Shown here in pieces: positions 31,009 through 41,129 of a DNA stretch of 64,000 nt. This DNA is from Eledone cirrhosa. Taxonomy: Eukaryota. Every line of letters starts with the position of its first letter. Positions within the stretch are counted from its first letter, which is position 1. Made by a program: the position numbers and the translations under genes. The DNA is taken from assembly GCA_964016885.1 (NCBI GenBank), contig CAXHJY010000929.1:1-64000 (forward strand), in the 5' to 3' direction. The notes beneath the pieces are model-generated. The model was not told the DNA's origin, did not search any database, and saw nothing but the letters and a program-made list of their open reading frames with translations.

Positions 31009-31654
31009 AGTGGAACACCTACAACAGTGTTTGTGTATGATGTTACATATACTAAGTCAGTCTGCTGTAGAGAGAACAGCAACAAAAAAGGTTGGTAGAT
31101 GGACTGAAGCTGCTGATTCCAAGCACATCCCCCACCCCCACCCCTCTATCATAACTACAGCAGCTGTAGACCAAGATACACTTGTACAAATATATTAGCA
31201 GCTGTAGTCCAAGATACACTTGTACAGATATATTAGCATGTCTGTGATTGATATTTTTATGTAAGATTTTATTTATTTTATTTTTTTTTCAGTTTGAAAA
31301 TCTATAATAAATTAATGTAAAAGGTTTTCCCCCCCTTCTCTTTTTGTTTTGTTGTTTTTACTTGTGCTTTATTTGTATTTTATTTAATTTTCTATCTTTA
31401 ACTCTTTTGTTACCATATTTCTAATGAAAGACACTGCCTATGCTTTTCAGTTAATTTTGAAAATAAAGTATTTTTGAGAGATTTAGTAATATAACGAAAT
31501 TTCTCATTAAGCTGGTGTTTAGAACATAACTTAAGAAAGGTCCTTAAAATTATAATGGAAAGTTTGAAAATAAATGTAATTATTTTATCACCATTTTTCT
31601 TATGAAAGATGCTACCTATAATTTTAAATGAGTCTGAGCCTCACAAATGCCGCT

Positions 31655-32155
31655 GTGGATCCTGTTAGTCTCTACCTATTGTCATGCCATTACAGTGCTG
31701 GCTGTCTCCCACACCATGCTACTCTCAACGAGATCATAAAGCATGGTTTGAATGCCACAGGCTTCCCTTCCCAGTTCGAGCCAATAGGGCTGGACCAAGA
31801 GGACAGGAAAAGGCTAGACGGCATGACAATCCCCCTGTTCCGTGGGGTGGGCGCTTCATCTGGGATGCCACATACTGTGACACCTATTCATGTGGCAACC
31901 TGGTGCGTTCGGCTACAAGCCCAGGCTCTGCTGCCTGTGAAGCTGAAGAAGGCAAACTGTCCAAGTATCAGCCGCTCCCAGATAGGTTTGTGGTAGAGCC
32001 TGTAGCTGTGGAGACTTACTGCGTTCTAGGCCTTCTGACCACATCCTTACTTACTGCTATTGAAGCATAGTTGGCTGCGAGATGGAGTGGCTGTTCCAGC
32101 GCATCACTTTCACCATCCTCTGGGGCAATGTATTCACTATCCTGTCGGCCAGGAC
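31655..32155 (+). mobile_element. Degenerate CRE-like non-LTR retrotransposon C-terminus (restriction-like endonuclease region)
   Basis: Across frameshifts: HATLNEII, KRLDGMT (KRPDG), IWDAT, AACEAEEGKLSKY, EPVAVET, LFQRITFTILWGN. Confidence 0.72.
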
Positions 32156-35100
32156 CCAGAGGCAGAGGGTAAGTAAGTTAGAGGTGGAGGATACTCGTTT
32201 GGACATCACAAAAATGAAACTGGTTAAGGCCTGTCATGCTGTCTATCTATTTTGTGATATACAAACAGTTAATTAATTAGGCACATCTCATATTATTCCT
32301 GGAGCAGTCATTTAAAAGACAACCCAACCAAGACCAGCTCTGGTTTTATAAAACAAAACCACCCATTTTAAATGCTTCCTGTTTAAATTAAAATCTTACA
32401 ACATGATTCTATATAAGAACGATATGTTCAGTTATTATATTAGTAATGAAATAATAATTTTAGTAACTCCCTCAAACTTCATTAAATAATTGAAAGAGAG
32501 TGTATTTCATTAAACATATGGTCACAAAACAGTTGTGTAAGGTAAGTTATAGGACTGCCTATCAAACCTATGAAATAGCTGTGATTTCGAAGCCATTTTC
32601 AGAAGGAATCTTCATAAAGAAATCCAAAGCGGTTAAGTATTTGTATTCTAAGAGGAATCAAACGTAGCACGGGGGGAGGGGGGGAATTGCGGTGATATGG
32701 AATGTGCATGGACAGCCAAGAGTTCCAAGTGGAAGGAAGACTGATAGTAGGGAAAGCTGACCTCACGATACTTGAGTTGATAAAGGAAAGAAACAAGCGG
32801 AGAAGACTCGTCTAACTCATGTAAGCATGGAAAAACGACGTATAAACGATGATGATCTCTTGACTGTCCACGCATTTTCTTTACAGGAGTTATCTCGCCT
32901 GTATCTACATTGAGGGAGGTAACTCTTGTGATAGGATATCCATTTGTAAATTATGCAACGACTTCGTCTATTATTTTGAAGTCTGAAATTTTTCGGAAAG
33001 TGAAAAGAAGTTGTAGTTGGAAGTTAATTATTTTCTCAAAAATATTAACAACATTAGAATATGGAATAACTACAATTTTGTGTTTTTCTTACTTTGTTTC
33101 CTCCTAATTTTCTTAACATTGCATATCTTTTCATGAAATATTTTGTGAGATGTGTTTATAGATTATGATTATGTTGATAAAATTCTTTCAAAATTATTAT
33201 TTTTTAATACTTTCATTATTGTTCGTTGATGTTTTCATTTACAGAATACTTTTATGGTTGTAGTATTTTAAACGTAAACTTGGAAATTTTCTCAGCATGG
33301 TCTCAGGCTGTCAGCTGGAACATTTAATAGAGTAATAGAGTAATACCTTCCAAATTCATATTGTTAATGAATAATATCAATCAGGATAATGTTATAGATT
33401 TTCTAAAGGAATGCAATATCATTTGTACAGCTATGCATTGCAAAGAAAAACTCCATTAGCCTAATCTACACCAAAGTTACGAGGAAATAAAGTCAGGTCA
33501 GTATATTGTAGTTATGTCTATGACTTTCTTACAGATTTCAAATAAAATATTTCTGAAGGAATCAGTTATTGTTGCCTGACACAGCAGACATAATCAAAGG
33601 AATTCCAACTATAGTCATAATGTCTGTTTTTATTTTTCTCATTAAAAAAATAAAGGTCTGGTCTATTCCTTTCCTCATTGTTGAAGGACCATGAACAATT
33701 GCAATAGCACCAATGCTAATCTGTATGATGTATACGTCCATAATTCTCATCAGGAAAAAAACGACATCGTTTGGTCCTGAATTCTTCAACGACCATTACT
33801 TGGAAGCTGGCTACTGAACCATATGCAGCTTACCCACCTTCATCATCAGGATAAAGCCATTGACCATTTAGAGGGTCGTCACCAGAGTGTTCTTTCTACT
33901 AGACAGTCCGTCAACCAAGGCTACCTGTTGTTTTTTCTTGCACACTATTGGATTGTCATTGAATCCCTGAGTTCGTCTACCCTTTGACTGGTTATCCATT
34001 TTGCTGGATGGCATAAAATAATCCACTAGAAACATTACAAAACTGGAAACACTCCTTACCACTCAACAATAATAATTTTTATTTTAAGGGAAAGGAAAGA
34101 AGTTAATTGCCAGATTAGACCAAGTAAATAATGCTTCCATTTTTAGGACTATTTGCAGCTCACAACTCCAAGCAGAAAAAAGTAACCAATTGTCATATCA
34201 GACCAAGGAAACAATGTTTCCATTATTGATACTATCTACCAGTTGCATTTCCTGACAGAAGGAGATGAGATTTGAGCTGAGAACATAGTGTTGGATCAAA
34301 TATCACAAAGCAACTTCTCAAACTTTTCTAATCCACCATCCCTGAGCTACTACTTTATTATTGAACCTGAAATGATAAACAGCAAAGTTGAACTTTGTGC
34401 ACAAAGATCCAGAACAAATATTGACACTCTAATGACTCATAATCATTGTTTCTACTTTTGGCACAATTACTCAGTACATTACTGGTACTTTATTTTATTG
34501 ACCCCGTAAGGATGAAAGGCAAAGTTAACCTCGGCGGGATTTGAACTCAGAATGGAAAGGGCCGTAACTCTATGCGTCAAAGCATGATGTCCGACCCTCT
34601 ACCGATACTGCCAATCCAACACCTTTGACTCATAATAATGGTTTTTGATTTAGGCACAAGGGGAAACAATTATTATGGTGTGTTACTGTTACTTTATTTT
34701 ATCGAGCCTATAAGGATCAAAGGCAAAGCTAACCTCTGCAGGATTTGAACTCAGAATGTAAAGGGCCATTATTATATGCTGCAAAGCATGTGGTCCAATG
34801 CTCTGCCAATAATAATCAATTTGAAGGTAATGGGGAAACTCGATTAAATTGACCCCAGTGAGTTACTGGTACTTTATTTTATTGAACCCGTAAGGATGAA
34901 AGACAAAACTAACCTTGGCAGGATTTAAACTCTGACCGTAAAGGACCATAACTCCTATGCTGAAAAGCATGGTGTCTTATACTCTATCAATACTGCCAAA
35001 TGAAGTAACATATGTTTAAAATTATATTTAATGCCATGTTGTAACACTCCTAATGGGAATGAAACCGTCTGATGGGCTGAATGAAATTCAAGTGTCTGCC

Positions 35101-36459
35101 CAGAATTATATCCAAATAAAAGGAGATGCCAGACCATTAGTTGAAAAAAAAGTGGTGTTGTGCCTGTATAGTTTTTAAAACACCACTGATGCAACAATCC
35201 ATTCCCTAGGTTGTTTCTTTATCAACCACAAAAGGATGAAAGGTAAATGTTGCAGTGAGTCAGAACAACTACCACAAGACATTCTATTCAATGTTTGAAC
35301 AACATTGTCAATTCACCTCGTAAAAATAGCAGCCAAATCTGCCTCAAAATTCACCCTACAGTCCTATGTCTGTTCAAAACCACGCCTGTTTAAAACCACA
35401 AGTTGGCTTCCTAGAAATAGCAGCTAAATTTCCCTCAAAATATTTTATTTCAAAACCTATGATATCGAGCTATTGTTTATCTCAATATATAAAATTGTAT
35501 TATGTATGAGTGTGTGTGTATGACACCACATTGGACCCTTGGGTAACTGCCTGGTTTCCATATGCCTTAATCCTTTAGTATTTAAACTGGCTGCACCCAG
35601 CCAGAATTTTCTCACCTCTTTCTGTTCAAACTGGATGTAACCGGCTGCTCATACTGATGTTAAGGTATTGTTCTCAAAATAAATCATATCAAAATCTCAT
35701 AGATTTGATATTATGTGAGATAAAGCCTTTACTGTGAAAATACAGTTGTAAATATAGAGTAATGTAAATGCTAAAGTGTTAATATTGCATTGGCTGGATA
35801 CCCTACCTGTCACCAATACTTTTAGTTACCTCTTACAACACAGGGATACTGTGTGTCTATTCTAAAATGGTTACATGAAGAATTCTTAAATTTAGGCTAA
35901 TACCCACAAGTTAAACCAACCACAAAACAAATGCCAATGCTAAAACTACATATTATTCCAGTGTATCATTGTAATATTGTGTGACATTGTTGTTGAATTC
36001 CTTCATACACAGTATTGTTTTAGTGAACAGTTTTCACATATTTCAGTTTGTAAACAATGACATTCATAAGCTAAATACCATTTCATGTAAATCTCTCCAT
36101 CTGAAAGTTCTTCTGTGACTACATGTGTGTGGTGGCGATGGTGGTGGTGGCGGTGGCAGTGGTGGGGTGTGTGTGTTTATAGCAGGGAAAATGGCAGTTA
36201 CATGATATATATATATGAAATCATCTCCATCATCATTTAACATCCGTGATATATATGTATATAGACATATATATATTTTTATTTGTTTGACCCGAATTAC
36301 TTGATCGTTTTTTTGGCTGTGCGGATGATTGTTTAACCATCGTCTCAGTGTGTTTGGCCTTTAACGTATGTTGTAGCTCTGGTTCATCTGAACCATTGAG
36401 CACTTGCCACACATCCCGGAGGTTGTTTTTCGTTATTTCATAGGTCGAAATACGATTCT

Positions 36460-36506
<47 letters not shown>

Positions 36507-36510
<4 letters not shown>

Positions 36511-36608
36511 TTAATATAGATGAGATTCTACAGGACTAGAACTGTTTCATTCATTAGCTAATGAATGAAACAGTTCTAGTCCTGTAGAATCTCATCTATA
36601 TTAAAACT
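36507..36608. repeat. Perfect 102-bp palindrome
   Basis: Arms pair base for base around the TAG|CTA centre (36557/36558) with no spacer. Confidence 0.95.
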
Positions 36609-36674
36609 GTTATACTCTGCTATGTATTGAGTACCTTACTTACTGTGGTTACCTCCGATTCAACCCGGAATAAC

Positions 36675-36710
<36 letters not shown>

Positions 36711-36714
<4 letters not shown>

Positions 36715-37452
36715 TCATCATCATCATCATCATCATCAACGTTTAACGTCTGTGTTCCACGCTTGCATGGGTTTGGACGGGGGTAGTCCCACTTGAGGCA
36801 AGAGTGATTGTCTTGCTCGCATAGGACTGTCTGGCAGGTTTTCTACAGTTGGATGCCCTTCCTAACACCAACCACATTTACAGTGTGGGCCTGGGAGGTT
36901 TTTACCATGTTGCCTACACGGCCACATTACAGCGTGGACTGTGTGTTTTTTTGTCATGACACCTACACGATCTCATTTGTTTCGGCCTCGATGGCGCGGC
37001 ACCAACATAACTTTACATAGAACGGGGTGGTGTGGATGGGGTGGGGGTGGAGGTGGTGGGACGGGGTGTATTTTGTTAGAGATGCCTACTGGCTGGAGTA
37101 GGTTTTACTATATATTTAGGTAAGGCGGGTCTTCTCTGTTACTGAGTACCGCCAAAGGTCTCGGTCCAGTGACATTGTCTTGGAGAGGTGTAAGTGTGTG
37201 ATGTCGGAGTTTATCAGCTCGTCCCAGGTTTTTCTAGGTCTGCCTATTCCGTGACTACCGTCTATCTTTATTGCCCTGCACTTTGTTATACAGCTATCGA
37301 CTTTCATGCGCATCACGTGTCCATACCAACGTAGCCTTCTCTCGAGTAAACAGCATCTGATCCCTCTTATCTCTAATTTTTTCCTTAGTTCGTTTATGCT
37401 TTGCCGTTCGCGTATATTACTGTTACACATCCAGCGGAGCATGCAAGCTTCG

Positions 37453-37454
<2 letters not shown>
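36711..37454 (-). mobile_element. RTE 3' fragment, inverted copy of 38651-39391
   Basis: Reverse complement of the adjacent element's last ~740 bp, with about 7 substitutions counted by eye; (ATC)n tail. Confidence 0.95.
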
Positions 37455-37493
<39 letters not shown>

Positions 37494-37497
<4 letters not shown>

Positions 37498-39391
37498 GGA
37501 CTGGCATAGCAGCATCATCGTTAACTGTTATAAGGGTAAAGGAGACGCCCTAGATAGGAGTAACTATAGAGGCATTAAATTAATCGACCAGGTCATGAAG
37601 GTCACGGAAAAAGTAATAGCGCAACTAATCAGAGAGAGAATTGACCTAGATGAAATGCAGTTCGGGTTTGTGTCAGGCAAAAGTACCACAGACGCTCTTT
37701 TCATAGTACGACAACTACAGGAGAAGTACCTAGCTAAAGGTAAACCCCTCTACTTAGCTTTTGTCGACTTGGAGAAAGCCTTCGACAGAGTCCCCCGCTC
37801 CATTATCTGGTGGGCTCTTAGAAAACTAGGCGTTGACGAATGGCTTGTGAGGGCTATACAAGCCATGTATAAAGAAACAGTCAGCAAGGTTAGAATTAAC
37901 AACGAATATAGTGAAGAGTTTAGCGTAAAAGTTGGCGTCCATCAGGGCTCTGTTCTCAGTCCACTACTATTTATTATTGCCCTTCAGGCTATAACAGAGG
38001 AGTTCAAGACAGGCTGCCCATGGGAACTCCTATACGCAGACGACCTGACACTCATAGCGGAATCAATGGCCGAGCTAGAGAAGAAATTCCAAACATGGAA
38101 GCACGGCCTAGAGTCAAAAGGACTTAAAATTAACCTGGCTAAGACCAAAGTACTAGTTTGTAGGAAAGAAAACAAGGCGGCGGTCCCTTCTGGGAAATGG
38201 TCGTGCTCGGTGTGTAGGAAAGGCGTAGGTAGAAACTCCATTTTATGTCCTAAATGCAAAGTATGGGTGCATAAAAGATGTAGTGGGATCACAGGTAAGC
38301 TAACTAAGAACATAGATTTTACATGTGGCCGGTGCTCTGGTGCAATAAGTAGCAGCAAGTGCCCACAAACTACTAGCTCTTTCAATTGCGCAGAGGGTTC
38401 TATAGAAATAGTGGACAGCTTCCGTTACCTGGGCGATAAAATCAGCAGTGGGGGAGGGTGCTCTGAAAGTACTGTAGCTAGAGTCAGAACTGGTTGGAAA
38501 AAGTTCAGAGAGCTTATACCACTATTAGCTGCTAAAGGGTTCTCACTAAAAATGAAAGGCAGGTTGTACGATGCCTGCATACGAACAGCAATGCTGCATG
38601 GCAGTGAGACCTGGGCATTGTGTGCAGAGGATATACGCAGACTAGAGAGGAACGAAGCTTGCATGCTCCGCTGGATGTGTAACAGTAATATACGTGAACG
38701 GCAAAGCATAAACGAACTAAGGAAAAAATTAGAGATAAGAGGGATCAGATGTTGTTTACTCGAGAGAAGGCTACGTTGGTATGGACACGTGATGCGCATG
38801 AAAGTCGATAGCTGTATAACAAAGTGCAGGGCAATAAAGATAGACGGTAGTCACGGAATAGGCAGACCTAGAAAAACCTGGGACGAGCTGATAAACTCCG
38901 ACATCACACACTTACACCTCTCCAAGACAATGTCACTGGACCGAGACCTTTGGCGGTACTCAGTAACAGAGAAGACCCGCCTTACCTAAATATATAGTAA
39001 AACCTACTCCAGCCAGTAGGCATCTCTAACAAAATACACCCCGTCCCACCACCACCACCCCCACCCGATCCACACCACCCCGTTCTATGTAAAGTTATGT
39101 TGGTGCCGCGCCATCGAGGCCGAAACAAATGAGATCGTGTAGGTGTCACGACAAAAAAACACACAGTCCACGCTGTAATGTGGCCGTGTAGGCAACACGG
39201 TAAAAACCTCCCAGACCCACACTGTAAATGTGGTTGGTGTTAGGAAGGGCATCCAACTGTAGAAAACCTGCCAGACAGTCCTATGCGAGCAAGACAATCA
39301 CTCTTGCCTCAAGTGGGACTACCCCCGTCCAAACCCATGCAAGCGTGGAACACGGACGTTAAACGTTGATGATGATGATGATGATGATGAT
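37494..39391 (+). mobile_element. RTE-clade LINE, 5'-truncated, with an uninterrupted 498-aa RT ORF (37493-38989), 3' UTR and (GAT)n tail
   Basis: RT motifs NYRGI, QFGF, FVDLEKAFDRV, GVHQGSVLSP, YADD, FRYLG, RRLRWYGHV, GRPRKTW; no endonuclease domain; both ends abut (TA)n. Confidence 0.95.
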
Positions 39392-39438
39392 ATAATATAT
39401 ATATATATATATATAATATATATATATATATATAATAT

Positions 39439-39472
<34 letters not shown>

Positions 39473-39575
39473 ATATATATATATATATATAATATATATA
39501 TATATATATAATATATATATATATATATAATATATATATATATATATAATATATATATATATATATAATATATAT

Positions 39576-39628
<53 letters not shown>

Positions 39629-39679
39629 ATATATATATATATATAATATATATATATAATATATATATATATATAATAT

Positions 39680-39765
<86 letters not shown>
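39392..39765. repeat. Long interrupted (TA)n microsatellite, ~375 bp
   Basis: TA runs punctuated by regular TAA phase shifts. Confidence 0.95.
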
Positions 39766-39766
<1 letters not shown>

Positions 39767-40091
39767 GGAGGCACATGGCTTAGTGGTTAGAGCATTGGCC
39801 TTGCAATCGAAAGGTTGTGAGTTCAATTCTCAGACCAGGTGATGTGTTGTTTCCTTGAGCAAGACACTTTATTTCACATTGCTCCAGTTTACTCAGCTGT
39901 AGAAATGAGATGATAGGGACTGGGGTCGCTATCATTCCACTACAAAGTGGTCGTGGAGGTGCCACGGCAAAAAAGCACCCAGCACTCACTGTAAATGAGG
40001 TTGGTGTTAGGAAGGGCATCCAGCCAGCATCAGTTCCCGTCCCACCCTTGCAAGCAGGGAAAAAGCAGACGTAAAATGAAATGATGATGAT
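39766..40091 (+). mobile_element. tRNA-derived SINE family B with an RTE-derived 3' end (near-identical copy at 54294-54636; relatives at about 672-920, 7943-8270, 12042-12300)
   Basis: TGGCTTAGTGGTTAG head, GAGTTCAATTC B box, CCTTGAGCAAGACACTT core; the 3' half matches the RTE 3' UTR and GAT tail. Confidence 0.85.
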
Positions 40092-40096
40092 ATACA

Positions 40097-40598
40097 TACA
40101 CCTCACCAAGGCAATGACACAGGACTGTGACCTCTGGTACTATGCAGTACTACAGAAGACCCACCCTCCCATATGCTTGAGCTGAAGCATATATCTAAGA
40201 GGTAACATCTTCCTCTAACTTCTCCCCTCCCATACACTTCCCTTTGCAGTAACCATCCCTCCCCTATTACCTACGTCCGCAATTTCCCCAAGCTTCCTCC
40301 CCCTTGTTCCTAGGAAAAAACGCCCAGTCCACACTGTAAAGTGGTCATGTCAGCAACATGATAAAAAGTGCCTAGTCCACACTGTAATGTGATTGTGTAG
40401 GTGACACGACAAAAAGCACCCAGCACACACTGTAAATGTGGTTGGCGTTAGGAAGGGCATTCAGCTGTAGAAACCAAGCCCAAATCTGCCCCGGGTGACC
40501 TAATGGTCCTTTGACCTGATTCTCTCCCTAAGGGTCAACCGTCCTACCCATGCTAGCGTGGAAGATGGACGTTAAACGATGATGATGATGATGATGAT
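40097..40598 (+). mobile_element. RTE 3' end (ORF C-terminus HLTKAMTQDCDLW..., 3' UTR, (GAT)n tail)
   Basis: Homologous to the ends of the two long RTE copies. Confidence 0.8.
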
Positions 40599-40811
40599 GT
40601 ATAATAATAATTGTTTCTATTTTTAGGCACAAGGCCAGCAATTACGCAGTACATTACTGGTACTTTATTTTATCGACCCCGTAAGGATGAAAGGCAAAGT
40701 TAACCTCGGCGGGATTTGAACTCAGATCATAAAGGGACGTAATTCTATGCTTCAAAGCATGGTGTCCGACTCTCTACCGATACTGCCAATCCACCGTGCT
40801 ATATATATATA

Positions 40812-41129
40812 ATAATAATATTAATGAAATTATTGTGTAGAATGCTCAGGTGCACTACAACTCATCAAAGATGCATGTAAAGAACATAGAATAATATACA
40901 AATGTCAGGGAAGTGAATAGTGTATAAGTCATGATATACATGTGTGCGTGTGTATGGAGGGGGAATATTAGGTGTAGTGTTGGCGAATCTCAGGAAGCAT
41001 GGAGGTTTTAAAGGATGCAGTGTCTTGACAGCTAATAACTGAAGGAGGTAGTTTGTTCCATGCTTTAGCAACTCCTAGCGTAAAAAAATGTTTCCAAAAA
41101 TCATGGGAACTGTGCTGTTTTCTGACTTG
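40812..41129 (-). mobile_element. CR1 3' fragment homologous to about 44945-45260
   Basis: Reverse-complement similarity including the 3' UTR. Confidence 0.88.

Noticed and set aside
33400-34065. Non-repetitive, coding-looking stretch with short minus-strand ORFs
   Set aside because: The frames checked are interrupted by stops and show no recognisable motif; possibly an old TE but not assignable by eye.
37984-38799. Antisense ORFs over the RTE RT (also 45274-46359)
   Set aside because: Shadow frames of the RT coding strand with no independent motifs.
39309-39826. Three 150-aa Ile/Tyr ORFs
   Set aside because: Translations of the (TA)n tract; not genes.
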